Shown here: in pieces, positions 20,356 to 30,673 of the stretch
Numbering within the stretch: the stretch's first letter is position 1
Layout of the letters: each line of letters starts with the position of its first letter
Assembly: GCF_000012905.2 (NCBI RefSeq)
Contig: NC_007493.2
Location: 2,160,001 to 2,192,000, forward strand
Source of the DNA: Cereibacter sphaeroides 2.4.1
GTDB taxonomy: Bacteria > Pseudomonadota > Alphaproteobacteria > Rhodobacterales > Rhodobacteraceae
Length of the DNA stretch: 32,000 nucleotides
Direction: 5' to 3'
The notes under the pieces: generated by a model
Told to the model about the DNA's origin: nothing
Seen by the model: only the letters and a program-made list of their open reading frames with translations
Database searches by the model: none
Made by a program: the position numbers and the translations under genes

Positions 20356-20381
20356 AAGGGCGCCCCTGCGGCGCCCTTTTC
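20356..20381. terminator. Rho-independent terminator between the convergent typA and amidotransferase genes
   Basis: GGGCGCC (20358-20364), loop CCTGC, GGCGCCC (20370-20376), followed by TTTT (20377-20380). Confidence 0.75.
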
Positions 20382-20397
20382 CATTCCGGTGGGTGGC

Positions 20398-21192
20398 TCA
20401 GGCCGCTACGGCGAGCGGATCCGGCCGGAAGGGCTCGACCCGCACGCGGTCGCCCTCGAAGAGGCAGAAGGAGCCCTGCGCCACCGGCAGCCAGTCGCCC
20501 TCGTCCTGCTCCAGCGGCTCCGAGACCACGGCGCGTCCGCCGCGCCGCAGGCTCCAGCGGTGGTAGAGGGTCGGCGCCTGCTCGTCCGATGCATAGCGGA
20601 CCGCGAAGAGCCGTTCGCCGTCCGAGAAGGCCGCCGTCAGGCGGACGTGGGGCACGCCCCCCTTCTCGCGCGAAAGCCGTTCGAGCCTCAGGACCGCGCG
20701 CTCGAGCGCGCCCTTCGGGTCCTGCTCCAGCCCTTCGGCCAGCGCCACCAGAAACAGCACCTCGCTATCCGTCGCGCCCTTGCGGTAGCCGTAGAGCGTC
20801 TCGGGGATCAGCATGTCCGCGTCGCGGCGGAAGCGGTCGTAGCCGCCGATCTGGCCGTTGTGCATGAAGCTCCAGCGGCCCACCACGAACGGGTGGCAGT
20901 TGTTGCGGCTGGTGGCCGTGCCGGTCGAGGCACGCACATGAGCGAGGAAGAGGCCGGACTTGACCTGCGCCGTCAGGCTGCGCAGGTTCGGATCGCTCCA
21001 GGCCGGATAGACGTCGCGGTAAAGCCCGGGCTCCGGCCGCTCGCCATACCAGGCGATGCCGAAGCCGTCGGCGTTGATGGCGGTGCCGCATTCCGTGGCG
21101 CAATGGCTCTGATGGATCAGGGAGTGTCCCGGACGGCTCACGACCTCCTCGAGGAAGATCGGCGCTCCGATATAGGCGGCCCAGCGGCACAT
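20398..21192 (-). CDS. Class II (Ntn-type) glutamine amidotransferase domain protein
   Basis: 264 aa with an N-terminal MCRW (Cys2 nucleophile). Contains DGFGIAWY, LAHVRASTG and NCHPF, typical of the YafJ/EgtC-like GATase-2 fold. Confidence 0.85.
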   Translation of the reverse strand: MCRWAAYIGAPIFLEEVVSRPGHSLIHQSHCATECGTAINADGFGIAWYGERPEPGLYRDVYPAWSDPNLRSLTAQVKSGLFLAHVRASTGTATSRNNCHPFVVGRWSFMHNGQIGGYDRFRRDADMLIPETLYGYRKGATDSEVLFLVALAEGLEQDPKGALERAVLRLERLSREKGGVPHVRLTAAFSDGERLFAVRYASDEQAPTLYHRWSLRRGGRAVVSEPLEQDEGDWLPVAQGSFCLFEGDRVRVEPFRPDPLAVAA

Positions 21193-21347
21193 GTCTCAGC
21201 GTGCTCCACGGGCGCGGACGGGTTCCGGCATGTTGACCTGCCTCATCATCTGCTCGCGGCCAGCATAACGCGGGCCGCGGGCCTTGGCATCCTCAAACCG
21301 TTACAATAGGTGCCCGCGACAGAGCGCCCTTCGGGCAAGGGACCCGC

Positions 21348-21638
21348 TCACTCGGCCTCTTCGACCACGACGAGATCGCGGACGGAGGCGCCACGCGCAT
21401 GATCGAGAGCGGCCTGATATTCGGGCGAGTTGTAGCAGGCCACCGCCGCCTCGACCGAGGGGAAACGCGCCACCACGTTGCGCGAGCGATCCCGCCCCTC
21501 GAGCTGGACGTGGCGGCCGCCCCGGGCGAGGAACACGCCGCCATGGGCAGCGATCGCGGGCCCCGCCCCCTTGGCATAACGCCCGTAGGCCTCCGCGTCC
21601 GTCACTTCCACATTCGCAATCCAGAGCGCGGTCGCCAT
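21348..21638 (-). CDS. DUF1330-family small protein
   Basis: 96 aa: MATALWIANVEVTDAEAYGRYAKGAGPAIAAHGGVFLARGG...FPSVEAAVACYNSPEYQAA. Its start lies 1 nt after the alaS stop, so co-transcription is likely. Confidence 0.8.
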   Translation of the reverse strand: MATALWIANVEVTDAEAYGRYAKGAGPAIAAHGGVFLARGGRHVQLEGRDRSRNVVARFPSVEAAVACYNSPEYQAALDHARGASVRDLVVVEEAE

Positions 21639-21639
21639 G

Positions 21640-24291
21640 TCAGCCTCCCATCACCGCTTCGGCCGCGCGGATCGCCGCGTCGGCCTGCGAGGCATCGGCC
21701 GCCCCCGCCTGCGCCATGTCCGGCCGCCCGCCGCCGCCGCGCCCGCCGAGCGCCTCGGCCGCGGCCTTGACCAGCGTCACGGCCGACAGACGGTCGGTCA
21801 GGTCGGGCGTCACGCCTGCCGCCAGCGCGGCTTTGCCCCCGGTGTCCGAGATCAGCAGCACCGCACCGGATCCGACGCGCGCCTTCATCTCGTCGATGAG
21901 GCCCGGCATGTCCTTGCCCGGCACGCCCTGTACGACCTGGGCGAGGAACTTCACCCCGCCGATCTCCTTGGCTTCCGAGGCCGCGCCGCCGCCCATCGCG
22001 GCCTCGCGGCGCAGCTGCGCCACCTCGTTCTGCAGCTGGCGCCGCTCCTCGACCAGAGCCTTCACCCGGTCCACCAGCTCGGCCGGCGCGGCCTTCAAGG
22101 CCGCCGCCACATCCGTCAGCCGCTTCATCTGCTCGTTGAGATAGGCGAGCGCGCCCTCACCGGTCAGCGCCTCGATCCGCCGCACCCCGGCCGACGAGGC
22201 CGAGTCGCCCAGGATCACGCAGAGGCCGATGTCGCCCAGCCGCGACACATGGGTGCCACCGCAGAGCTCCAGCGAGTAGGTCTGGCCATCCGTCCCCTTG
22301 CCCGAGCCGGCGAGGGTGCCCATCGAGACCACGCGCACCTCGTCGCCGTATTTCTCGCCGAAGAGCGCTTGCGCCCCCAGCGCCCGCGCATCGTCGGGCG
22401 ACATGATCCGCGTCTCCACCGCGCCGTTCGAGCGGATGAAGCCGTTGACCTCAGCCTCGACCGCCGCCAGCTCCTCGGGGCTCAGGGCCCTGGAATGGCT
22501 GAAGTCGAAGCGCAGCCGGTCGGGCGCATTCAGCGAGCCGCGCTGTGCCACATGATCGCCCAGCGCGCGGCGCAGCGCCTCGTGCAGGAGGTGGGTGGCC
22601 GAGTGGTTCGCCCGGATCGCCGAGCGCCGCGCATGATCCACCACGAGCGTGGCGCCCTGACCCTGCCGGATCTCGCCTTCGACCACCTCGGCAAAATGCA
22701 GGAAGAGGCCCTGCCCCTTCTTCACGTCGGTGATCCGCGCGCGGCCCGTGTCGGTCCGAAGCTCGCCCGTGTCTCCGACCTGACCGCCCGACTCGGCATA
22801 GAAGGGCGTCTGGTTCAGGATGATCTGCACCGTCTGGCCCGCGCCGGCCGAGGCCGTCTCGGCCCCCGCGGCGACCAGCGCCAGCACCTGGCCCTCCGCC
22901 TGTTCGGTGTCGTAGCCGAGAAATTCGGTCGCGCCATGGGTCTCGGCCAGATCGAACCAGATCGCGGCATCCTTGGTCTCGCCCGATCCCGACCAGCTCG
23001 CGCGCGCCTTGGCCTTCTGCTCCGCCATCGCGGCCTCGAAGCCCTCGACATCCACCTTGCGCCCCTTCTCGCGCAGCGCATCCTGCGTAAGATCGAGCGG
23101 GAAGCCGTAGGTGTCGTAGAGCTTGAACGCGGCTTCGCCCGGCAGGGGCGAGCCCTCCGGCAGATGGCCGAGTTCATCCTCGAGCAGCCGCAGCCCGCGC
23201 TCGAGCGTCTGGCGGAATCGCGTCTCCTCGAGCTTCAGCGTCTCCTCGATCAGCGCCTGACCGCGCGTGAGCTCCGGATAGGCTGCGCCCATCTGCCGCA
23301 CGAGGGCCGGCACGAGGCGGTGCATCACCGGATCCTGCGCCCCCAGCAGATGCGCGTGACGCATGGCGCGCCGCATGATCCGCCGCAGCACATAGCCGCG
23401 CCCCTCGTTCGAGGGCATCACCCCGTCCGCGATCAGGAAGGAGGTCGAGCGCAGATGGTCGGCGATGACCCGGTGGTGGGTCTTGCCGGGGCCGTCCGGA
23501 TCGGTCGAGGTCGCGTGGGCCGAGGCCTCGATCAGGCTGCGCATCAGATCGGTGTCGTAGTTGTCGTGCTTGCCCTGCAGGAGAGCGCCGATCCGCTCGA
23601 GCCCCATGCCGGTGTCGATCGACTGCTTGGGCAGTGGCGTCATCGATCCGTCCGGATGCTGCTCGTTCTGCATGAAGACGAGGTTCCAGATCTCGATGAA
23701 CCGGTCGCCATCCTCGTCCGCCGAGCCCGGGGGACCGCCCCAAATCGAGGGGCCGTGGTCGAAGAAGATCTCGGTGCAGGGCCCGCAGGGCCCGGTCGGG
23801 CCCATCATCCAGAAATTGTCGTTGGTAGGAATGCGGATGATCCGCTCGTCGGGCAGGCCTGCGACCTTCTTCCAGATCTCGGCCGCCTCATCGTCCGTGT
23901 GGTAGACGGTGACGAGGAGCTTCTCCTTCGGGATGTCGAAGTCCTTGGTCAGCAACTCCCAGGCGAAGGGGATCGCGTCCGACTTGAAATAGTCGCCGAA
24001 GGAGAAGTTCCCCAGCATCTCGAAGAAGGTGTGGTGCCGCGCGGTGTAGCCCACATTGTCGAGGTCATTGTGCTTGCCGCCCGCGCGGACGCATTTCTGC
24101 GCCGTGGTCGCGCGGGTGTAGTCGCGGTGCTCGAGACCCGTGAAGCAGTTCTTGAACTGCACCATGCCCGAGTTGGTGAACATCAGCGTCGGGTCATTGC
24201 GCGGGACGAGCGGGCTCGACTCCACGACCCGGTGGCCGTTGCGTCGGAAATAATCGAGGAACGTCGAGCGGATATCGTTCAAGGACGGCAT
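21640..24291 (-). CDS. alaS: Alanine--tRNA ligase
   Basis: 883 aa. Contains [44 protein letters not shown], the editing-domain motifs HSATHLLH and CGGTHV, and a C-terminal [12 protein letters not shown]. Confidence 0.97.
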   Translation of the reverse strand: MPSLNDIRSTFLDYFRRNGHRVVESSPLVPRNDPTLMFTNSGMVQFKNCFTGLEHRDYTRATTAQKCVRAGGKHNDLDNVGYTARHHTFFEMLGNFSFGDYFKSDAIPFAWELLTKDFDIPKEKLLVTVYHTDDEAAEIWKKVAGLPDERIIRIPTNDNFWMMGPTGPCGPCTEIFFDHGPSIWGGPPGSADEDGDRFIEIWNLVFMQNEQHPDGSMTPLPKQSIDTGMGLERIGALLQGKHDNYDTDLMRSLIEASAHATSTDPDGPGKTHHRVIADHLRSTSFLIADGVMPSNEGRGYVLRRIMRRAMRHAHLLGAQDPVMHRLVPALVRQMGAAYPELTRGQALIEETLKLEETRFRQTLERGLRLLEDELGHLPEGSPLPGEAAFKLYDTYGFPLDLTQDALREKGRKVDVEGFEAAMAEQKAKARASWSGSGETKDAAIWFDLAETHGATEFLGYDTEQAEGQVLALVAAGAETASAGAGQTVQIILNQTPFYAESGGQVGDTGELRTDTGRARITDVKKGQGLFLHFAEVVEGEIRQGQGATLVVDHARRSAIRANHSATHLLHEALRRALGDHVAQRGSLNAPDRLRFDFSHSRALSPEELAAVEAEVNGFIRSNGAVETRIMSPDDARALGAQALFGEKYGDEVRVVSMGTLAGSGKGTDGQTYSLELCGGTHVSRLGDIGLCVILGDSASSAGVRRIEALTGEGALAYLNEQMKRLTDVAAALKAAPAELVDRVKALVEERRQLQNEVAQLRREAAMGGGAASEAKEIGGVKFLAQVVQGVPGKDMPGLIDEMKARVGSGAVLLISDTGGKAALAAGVTPDLTDRLSAVTLVKAAAEALGGRGGGGRPDMAQAGAADASQADAAIRAAEAVMGG

Positions 24292-24341
24292 GAGGAAGCC
24301 TCTGTCAGGCAGATCTGCGGTTCGCCGTCTCGTTTAGCCCT

Positions 24342-24370
24342 GCGCGCCGAGGCTGTCCACCTCGACGCGC
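24342..24370 (-). terminator. Imperfect GC hairpin between recA and alaS (possible attenuating terminator, no U-tract)
   Basis: GCGCGCCGAGG (24342-24352) pairs with CCTCGACGCGC (24360-24370) with one mismatch. Confidence 0.25.
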
Positions 24371-24377
24371 GCGAGCG

Positions 24378-25451
24378 TCACATGTCCACCAGATCGTCGC
24401 CCTTGCCGTCTTCCCCGGTCGAGAAGTCCAGCCCATGCGAGGCGCGAATCCGATCTTCGATATCGCCGGCAACCGTGGGGTTCGCGCGCAGGAAGGCCTT
24501 GGCATTCTCGCGCCCCTGCCCGATCCGCTCGTCGCCGTAGGAATACCAGGAGCCCGACTTCTCGACCACGCCGGCCTTGACGCCGAGATCGACGAGCTCG
24601 CCCGTCTTCGAAATGCCCTCGCCATACATGATGTCGAACTCGACCTCGCGGAAGGGCGGGGCCACCTTGTTCTTGACCACCTTCACCTTCGTCGTGTTGC
24701 CGATGACATTGTCGCGGTCCTTGATGGCACCGGTCCGGCGAATGTCGAGGCGCACGGAGGCGTAAAACTTCAGCGCGTTGCCGCCCGTCGTCGTCTCGGG
24801 GTTGCCGAACATCACGCCGATCTTCATGCGGATCTGGTTGATGAAGATCACCATGCAGTTCGACCGGCCGATGGATGCGGTCAGCTTCCGCATGGCCTGG
24901 CTCATCAGGCGGGCCTGCGAGCCCATCTGCATGTCGCCCATGTCGCCCTCGATCTCGGACTTGGGCGTCAGCGCCGCCACCGAGTCGACCACGATCAGGT
25001 TCACCGCGCCGGACCGGACCAGCGTGTCGACGATCTCGAGCGCCTGCTCGCCCGTGTCGGGCTGGCTGATGAGGAGTTCGTCCAGGTTGACGCCGAGCTT
25101 CTTGGCATATTGCGGGTCGAGAGCATGTTCGGCGTCCACGAAGGCGCAGACGCCACCCTTCTTCTGCTCTTCCGCCACCACATGCAGGGTCAGCGTGGTC
25201 TTGCCCGAGCTTTCGGGGCCGTAGATCTCGATGATTCGCCCCTTGGGCAGACCGCCGATGCCGAGCGCGATATCGAGACCCAGCGAGCCCGTCGAAGTCG
25301 CCTCGATCTCCATGACCGGGCTGTTGGCCCCCAGTTTCATGATCGAGCCCTTGCCGAACTGCCGTTCGATCTGTGCCAGCGCGCTTTCGAGCGCCTTCGC
25401 CTTGTCCATCTCGCGCCTTCCGTTCAAGTCGAGCAGGTTCGCCGTCGCCAT
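24378..25451 (-). CDS. recA: Recombinase RecA
   Basis: 357 aa from the ATG at 25451 ([41 protein letters not shown]). Walker A is GPESSGKTT, followed by the conserved FVDAEHALD and VVDSVAAL blocks. The 25583 start in the track is an upstream extension. Confidence 0.97.
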   Translation of the reverse strand: MATANLLDLNGRREMDKAKALESALAQIERQFGKGSIMKLGANSPVMEIEATSTGSLGLDIALGIGGLPKGRIIEIYGPESSGKTTLTLHVVAEEQKKGGVCAFVDAEHALDPQYAKKLGVNLDELLISQPDTGEQALEIVDTLVRSGAVNLIVVDSVAALTPKSEIEGDMGDMQMGSQARLMSQAMRKLTASIGRSNCMVIFINQIRMKIGVMFGNPETTTGGNALKFYASVRLDIRRTGAIKDRDNVIGNTTKVKVVKNKVAPPFREVEFDIMYGEGISKTGELVDLGVKAGVVEKSGSWYSYGDERIGQGRENAKAFLRANPTVAGDIEDRIRASHGLDFSTGEDGKGDDLVDM

Positions 25452-25500
25452 GTCCTGTTCCTTATTCCATAGCCGCGCCAAGGCAGCAATCGCTTCGCGA

Positions 25501-25515
25501 GTTCGCCCTATGTTC
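25501..25515. promoter_or_regulatory. Alphaproteobacterial LexA (SOS) box GTTC-N7-GTTC downstream of the recA -10
   Basis: GTTCGCCCTATGTTC is a perfect match to the direct-repeat SOS box described for Rhodobacter and Rhizobium, lying 50-64 nt upstream of the recA ATG. Confidence 0.75.
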
Positions 25516-25521
25516 CGAAGC

Positions 25522-25550
25522 AATATGGGATCATAAGGCGAACATTGCAA
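25522..25550 (-). promoter_or_regulatory. Predicted recA promoter with a second, imperfect SOS box in the spacer
   Basis: The minus strand reads TTGCAA (25550..25545), N17, CATATT (25527..25522). The spacer contains GTTCGCCTTATGATC (25543..25529), that is GTTC-N7-GATC. Confidence 0.5.
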
Positions 25551-25645
25551 CCGGTTTCTCCGGCAGATGCAGCTTTCGACCAAAGCGGTTAAGGGCTAGT
25601 TTAAGGCCGCGGGTACTTGGCACCCGGGCGATAAAAAGGGACGGG

Positions 25646-26236
25646 ATGCTGGTATTCTGGGAGCAACGGCTGGCGTTTCTTGCCACGCCAAAGACGGGGA
25701 CGACCGCGATCGAGACCGCTCTCGAATCGCTGGCAACCGTGTCGGTCCAGCGACCGCCCCTCCTGAAGCACACCACGGTTCAGCAGTATCGGCAGTTCAT
25801 CGGCCCCTACCTCGACAGCACGGCAGGAGAGCCTTTCACACTGGTGGCCCTGATGCGCGAGCCGCGGGCCTGGCTTGGCAGTTGGTTCCGCCACCGCCAG
25901 CGGGAAGATGTCGTGGAAGCCGCGAGGAGCACCGCCCATCTGGATTTCGACGCTTTCGTAAGGGCCTATGCGTCGGACCCGCAGCCCGAGTTCGCGGCGG
26001 TGAGCTCCCAGGCCCGCTTCCTGGACTCCGGTGAGGCACGCGGGGTGGATCGACTCTTTCGCTACGAAGCCATCGACTTGTTCATCGACTTTCTGGAAGA
26101 GCGTCTTGGGTGCGAGATTATCCTGCCCCGGCTCAACGTCTCGCCCTGTGCGCCGCTCGATCTCAGCGCCGACAGCGAGGAGAGCCTGCGGAACGTCCTT
26201 TCGCGCGATTTCGACCTGTATGCCTCGCTCGACTGA
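25646..26236 (+). CDS. Sulfotransferase-fold protein (PAPS-binding-loop-like motif)
   Basis: 196 aa from the ATG at 25646. FLATPKTGTTAIE resembles the 5'-PSB loop PKxGTT. LMREPRAWLGSWF resembles the 3'-PB RxPxxRxxS motif. Function is unknown. Confidence 0.6.
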   Translation: MLVFWEQRLAFLATPKTGTTAIETALESLATVSVQRPPLLKHTTVQQYRQFIGPYLDSTAGEPFTLVALMREPRAWLGSWFRHRQREDVVEAARSTAHLDFDAFVRAYASDPQPEFAAVSSQARFLDSGEARGVDRLFRYEAIDLFIDFLEERLGCEIILPRLNVSPCAPLDLSADSEESLRNVLSRDFDLYASLD

Positions 26237-26239
26237 GGG

Positions 26240-28546
26240 TCAGTGCACCTGCTCCTGCACTGTAGAGGTCAAATCGTTGAGCGAGAAGGGTTTGGGCAGG
26301 AACACCGAATTCGGGATGCGTGATTGCGACTCGGCCAGGCATTCCTCGGCGTAGCCCGAGACGAAGATGACGCGGACATCGGGGCGCTGCTGCAGCGCCT
26401 GACGGACCCATGTCGGTCCGTCCATCCCCGGCATCACCACATCGGTCACGAACACGTCGACCTCGAGCGCCGGATCCTCGAGAGCCCGCAGCGCCTCCTC
26501 GGCATTCTCGGCCTCGATGACCGTGTAGCCGCGCATCCGCAGGGCACGGGAGGCAAAGGCGCGCACGGGCGCTTCATCCTCGACCAGGAGCACCACGCCC
26601 TCGCCGCGGCGCGAGCCGTCGGGTTCGGGACGGGCGGCCGGAACCGGCTCGACGGGAAGCGGCTCTTCATTGATGGGAAAATAGAGGTGGAAGACGCTGC
26701 CGCGCCCGACTTCGCTGTCCACGAAGATGAAGCCGCCGGATTGCTTCACGATGCCGTAGACCGTCGAGAGGCCGAGCCCCGTTCCCTCGCCGACGCGCTT
26801 GGTGGTGAAGAAGGGCTCGAAGATCTTCTGCAGCCGGTCGGGCGGTATGCCGACACCTTCGTCGCGCACATGGATTGCGGCATAGCGCCCGGGCGGTACG
26901 GCGGCGCGGTCGCGGCGCAGCTCTTCGGTCAGCACGAGATCCTCGGTCTCGATCCCGATCACCCCACCCTCGGGCATGGCGTCGCGAGCATTGACAACGA
27001 GGTTCATCAGAACCTGCTCGAGCTGACGCTTGTCGGCACGGATCGGCCCGAGGTCGGGTGCATGTGACAGCCGCAGCGTCACGCGCTCGCCCACCAGACG
27101 ATTGAGAAGGTGGGTCAGGTCGGCCAGAACCTCCTGAAGGTCGATCCGTTCGGGCTTCAGCGTCTGCTTGCGCGAGAAGGCGAGGAGCTGACCGACGAGG
27201 CTCGCGGCCCGATTGGCGTTCTGGTGGATCTGGACGAGATCCGCGAATTCCGGGTCCTCGCGATCGTGGCGCAGCAGCAGCAGATCGCAGTGGCCCGAGA
27301 TCGCGGTGAGCAAATTGTTGAAGTCATGGGCAATGCCGCCGGCAAGCTGGCCGATCGCCTGCATCTTCTGGCTCTGGACGAACTGAGCCTCGAGCGTCTT
27401 GAGCGCCGTGGCGTCATTCAGGACCGCGAGGACAAGCGGACGCCCGTGCTCGACGATGCGGCGCAGCGCGATCTGGAGGAACACCTCTTCCTCGGATCGG
27501 CGCAGGCGCAGCACTTCGGCGCCTCCGGGCATCCGCTCGGCGGCGACATCGGCGAGCCAGTCGCGGACCGCACGGCCGAGGCCCTCGAACAGATCGGAGA
27601 AATCCGGCTGCGCATCGTGGCCGAGGCCGAGCAGATCGCGCGCCGCGCGGTTCGCGACGCGCAGGCTGCCGTCGCTGCCGAACTTCATCAGGGCCACCGG
27701 CAGATGCTCGAAATCCGCGTGAGCGGAGCCCAGCGCGGTCGTGGAAGGCACCGGCATGAGGTAGATTTCCCGCCGTTCGCCCAGGCCTTCGACCTCGGCC
27801 AGGATCGCGCGCACGGGGCCGTCAACGGTGGCCACCTCGACCTCCTCGCCCGACCGGGGCGCGAGATCGGTGAAGACGCGGTCCAGGCGTTTCGGCCGCT
27901 CGCCGACCAGCCGGCGCAGCGATTCATTTGCGAAAAGCACCACGCCCGACTTGTTCGCGACCAGCATCGGCAGGCTCAGCCCCTCGGCTCCGCGGCCGGC
28001 CACCACGGAGCGGTCCTGGAACTCCTCGAGCCGCCAGAGGAAGCGGCCGGGCCCGATCCGGTGCACGGACAGCCGGACATGGCCGCGGCGCGTCACCACA
28101 TCCTCGCGCGATGAGCCGAGATTGGCCGCGCGGGCCTGCAGCCGGAAGAGCACGGAGGCGGGGCTTGCAAAGTGATCGCCGAGCGATGCCACGAGCGTGC
28201 TGCCGCTGCGCTCGCCGAAACGGGCGATGGCCGCGCGGTTCTGGTAGCCGACCTGGCCCACCGCGTCCGTGGTGAAGCAGGGTGCCGCATCCTCGCCCAG
28301 CAGCCGCGCGAACCGCAGATCGAGGCCATGGTCGCGCACCCGCTCCCAGACCATGAGCCCCCGGGCGATCAGCACGATGGCCGCGAAGGTGAGCGCCACC
28401 ATGGCGGCTTCGAGCCGCATGTCGAGGTCGGAGGCGAAGAGAGCGGTCACCAGGGCCCCGCCGGCCACGGCGAGCAGAAGCCAGTGCCTTGAGCGGAGAC
28501 CTTCCGCCGCCCCCACGAGATCTGCTGACTGCCTGTGCACTGACAT
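26240..28546 (-). CDS. cckA: Hybrid sensor histidine kinase/response regulator, CckA-like (2 TM, PAS region, HisKA, HATPase, REC)
   Basis: The H-box is [21 protein letters not shown], the N-box is [13 protein letters not shown]1 is VRDEGVGIP and G2 is [13 protein letters not shown]. The REC domain reads [11 protein letters not shown]...[13 protein letters not shown]...IFVSGYAE. There are two N-terminal hydrophobic helices. I prefer the ATG at 28546; the track start is a GTG at 28597. The cckA symbol rests on architecture and my recollection of synteny with recA in Rhodobacter. Confidence 0.8.
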   Translation of the reverse strand: MSVHRQSADLVGAAEGLRSRHWLLLAVAGGALVTALFASDLDMRLEAAMVALTFAAIVLIARGLMVWERVRDHGLDLRFARLLGEDAAPCFTTDAVGQVGYQNRAAIARFGERSGSTLVASLGDHFASPASVLFRLQARAANLGSSREDVVTRRGHVRLSVHRIGPGRFLWRLEEFQDRSVVAGRGAEGLSLPMLVANKSGVVLFANESLRRLVGERPKRLDRVFTDLAPRSGEEVEVATVDGPVRAILAEVEGLGERREIYLMPVPSTTALGSAHADFEHLPVALMKFGSDGSLRVANRAARDLLGLGHDAQPDFSDLFEGLGRAVRDWLADVAAERMPGGAEVLRLRRSEEEVFLQIALRRIVEHGRPLVLAVLNDATALKTLEAQFVQSQKMQAIGQLAGGIAHDFNNLLTAISGHCDLLLLRHDREDPEFADLVQIHQNANRAASLVGQLLAFSRKQTLKPERIDLQEVLADLTHLLNRLVGERVTLRLSHAPDLGPIRADKRQLEQVLMNLVVNARDAMPEGGVIGIETEDLVLTEELRRDRAAVPPGRYAAIHVRDEGVGIPPDRLQKIFEPFFTTKRVGEGTGLGLSTVYGIVKQSGGFIFVDSEVGRGSVFHLYFPINEEPLPVEPVPAARPEPDGSRRGEGVVLLVEDEAPVRAFASRALRMRGYTVIEAENAEEALRALEDPALEVDVFVTDVVMPGMDGPTWVRQALQQRPDVRVIFVSGYAEECLAESQSRIPNSVFLPKPFSLNDLTSTVQEQVH

Positions 28547-28588
28547 CCCCGAGCCGGATTCGCCCCGCGGACATTCGGCCCTGAAATC

Positions 28589-28604
28589 GTTAAGCACTGT
28601 TTAA
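28589..28604 (-). promoter_or_regulatory. Full-consensus CtrA box TTAA-N7-TTAAC upstream of the CckA-like kinase
   Basis: The minus strand reads TTAAACAGTGCTTAAC (28604..28589). It lies 43-58 nt upstream of the ATG at 28546 and overlaps the alternative GTG start. Confidence 0.45.
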
Positions 28605-28639
28605 TCTGCGCGAGGATCCAGCTCGCAAAGCCCGGAAAC

Positions 28640-29803
28640 TCAGCCGTTTCTCTGCAACAGGTCGAGGAAGAAGCCGTCGCCGCCGTCGAGAGGGGTCAGT
28701 CGCAGCTGGTGCACCCGCGTCCAGCCGGAGGTCCGCTCGAGGAAAGCCTCGGTCTGGCCCGCATTTTCAGAGGCGAGAAGCGAGCAGGTCGCATAGGCGA
28801 GATGCCCGCCCGGGCGGACCAGCGGGGCCACCTCGTCGAGGATCGTCGACTGGATCGCCCGGAGTTCGGCCAGACGCTCCGGCGTGAGGCTCCATTTGCC
28901 CTCCGGCGCACGGCGCCAGCTGCCCGAGCCCGAGCAGGGCACGTCCGCCAGCACGAGATCGAAGGGGCCGCGGCGCGCGGGGTCTCCCGGTGCGAGCCGC
29001 CGCACCTTGACGCCGGCGCGGGCGGCCCGCTCGGGCAGGTCGCGCATGCGGCGCGGGTCGGCATCGTGGGCCGAGAGATCGATGGGCGCACGGGCGGCCA
29101 TGGCGAGGCTCTTGCCGCCGCCGCCGGCGCAGTAGTCGAGCACACGGTCGCCCGGGGCGAGCGGCAGCGCCGCGACGATGGCCTGAGAAGCGGCATCCTG
29201 CAGCTCGACCCGCCCCTCGCGATAGGCGGCGGAGGCCTGCAGTCTGCGCGGGTTTTCCGTCACTTCGAGCGCCGTCTCGGCCAGGGGATGCGGCTGCGTG
29301 ACGATGCCCTCGGCCGCGAGTTCGGCCGCCGCGGCCGCCCGGTCGGTCCGCGCGAGATTGACGCGCAGGAAGACGGGCGCGCGATGGCGGAGCGCCTCCA
29401 TCACCGGGGCGAAGTCCGCGCCGAGACTGTCGCGCAGCGCCGGCGCGAGCCAGTCGGGACAATCGAGCGCCTCGAGCTCGGCGGGCGCCTGCGGCTTAAG
29501 CTCGGATCCCGCGGGCGGCGCGGGCGCATGGCCCTCGCCGGTGAAGAGATCCCCCACCTCCTGCCCGGCCATCCGCAGCCCGCCCAGCACGAGCCCCCGC
29601 CCTGTCTCGGCTCCGCCCGCCCGCGCGAAGGAGCGCCGGCAGCGCAGCGCGTCGAACACGAGGTCGCGCACCGCGGCCCGGTCGCCCGAGCCCGCGAACC
29701 GGCTCGCCCGGCCCCAGTTCGTCAGGGCCTGCTCGGCTGGGGTGCCGCCGAGGATCCGGTCGAGGATGCCGATGGCGGCGGAGAGGCGGGCAGCGGGCGT
29801 CAT
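28640..29803 (-). CDS. RsmB/NOP-family SAM-dependent RNA (cytosine-C5) methyltransferase
   Basis: 387 aa from the ATG at 29803 (C-terminal part of track ORF 28640..31144). The SAM motif is VLDYCAGGGGKS, motif IV is LADVPCSGSGSWRR and motif VI is LAYATCSLLASEN. Confidence 0.85.
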   Translation of the reverse strand: MTPAARLSAAIGILDRILGGTPAEQALTNWGRASRFAGSGDRAAVRDLVFDALRCRRSFARAGGAETGRGLVLGGLRMAGQEVGDLFTGEGHAPAPPAGSELKPQAPAELEALDCPDWLAPALRDSLGADFAPVMEALRHRAPVFLRVNLARTDRAAAAAELAAEGIVTQPHPLAETALEVTENPRRLQASAAYREGRVELQDAASQAIVAALPLAPGDRVLDYCAGGGGKSLAMAARAPIDLSAHDADPRRMRDLPERAARAGVKVRRLAPGDPARRGPFDLVLADVPCSGSGSWRRAPEGKWSLTPERLAELRAIQSTILDEVAPLVRPGGHLAYATCSLLASENAGQTEAFLERTSGWTRVHQLRLTPLDGGDGFFLDLLQRNG

Positions 29804-29893
29804 GGCGGAAACTCCGGCGGGAAGCGGGCTGCGGAGGCATGACACGGGCGGCGGGGCATGGCAAACAGCAACTCGAACGGCAGCGAGGGTGGA

Positions 29894-30673
29894 ATGGCGC
29901 TCAATTTCCGGCAGACCGAAATCCTGGAGATCGCCCGCAGCGAGGGGCGCGTGGTGGTCGAGCAGCTCGCCGAACATTTCGCGGTCACGCTCCAGACCAT
30001 CCGACGCGACCTGACCGAACTGTCGGACGCAGGCCTCCTTGACCGGGTGCATGGCGGAGCGGTGCTGCGCACGGGCGTGTCGAACATCGGCTACGAGGAG
30101 CGGCGCCGCATGAACGAGGCCGCCAAGGCCTCCATCGGGCGGGCCTGCGCCCGGGCGATCCCGGACAATTCCTCGATGATCATCAACATCGGCACCACGA
30201 CCGAGGCCGTCGCGCGCGAGCTTCTGAACCACCGCAACATCACGGTCGTGACGAACAACATGAACGTGGCCAATATCCTCGCCACCAACCCCTCCTGCGA
30301 GGTGATGGTCGCGGGCGGACAGCTCCGCCGCTCGGACGGGGGGCTGGTGGGCGATCTGACGATCCAGTTCATCGAGCAGTTCAAGGTGGATTTCGCGATC
30401 ATCGGCGCTTCGGCGCTGGATCGCGAGGGCGACATGCTCGATTTCGACCTGGCCGAGGTGCGGGTCTCGAAGGCGATCCTGCGTCAGTCGCGGCAGCGGT
30501 TCCTCGTCACGGACAGCTCCAAGCTCGACCGCAAGGCCCCGGTGCGGCTTGGCTCGCTCGAGGAGCTGGACGCCGTCTTCACGGACAGCCCCCTGCCCGA
30601 GGAGCTGGCGCGCCGCTGCGAGAGCTGGGAGACCGCGGTCACCGTGGCGGATCAGGCGATCCCGTCCGCCTAG
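29894..30673 (+). CDS. DeoR-family transcriptional regulator (GlpR-like)
   Basis: The N-terminal HTH is MALNFRQTEILEIARSEGRVVVEQLAEHFAVTLQTIRRDL. The C-terminal DeoR sugar-binding fold contains INIGTTTEAVAREL, VVTNN and AIIGASAL. The ATG at 29894 follows GAGGG; the 29858 ATG is an alternative. Confidence 0.85.
   Translation: MALNFRQTEILEIARSEGRVVVEQLAEHFAVTLQTIRRDLTELSDAGLLDRVHGGAVLRTGVSNIGYEERRRMNEAAKASIGRACARAIPDNSSMIINIGTTTEAVARELLNHRNITVVTNNMNVANILATNPSCEVMVAGGQLRRSDGGLVGDLTIQFIEQFKVDFAIIGASALDREGDMLDFDLAEVRVSKAILRQSRQRFLVTDSSKLDRKAPVRLGSLEELDAVFTDSPLPEELARRCESWETAVTVADQAIPSA

Noticed and set aside
21637-25472. 967-aa (21637..24540) and 345-aa (24435..25472) plus-strand ORFs antisense to alaS and recA
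   Set aside because: They are antisense shadows of two of the best-supported genes in the window.
25452-25583. N-terminal extensions offered by the ORF track for recA (25583), sufD (10766), the ybjQ-like gene (11791), cobD (5573), the yitT-like gene (17758) and the RES antitoxin (31894)
   Set aside because: The extensions are Arg/Pro-rich, run through promoters, operators or repeats, or overlap upstream genes. Internal starts give canonical N-termini and have Shine-Dalgarno-like sequences or coupling overlaps.
25588-25606. TTAAGGGCTAGTTTAAGG, a CtrA-box-like motif between recA and the sulfotransferase-fold gene
   Set aside because: The half-sites are spaced N8, not N7 (TTAA-actagccc-TTAAC on the minus strand). 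CtrA half-site phasing is strict, so I do not call it a site.
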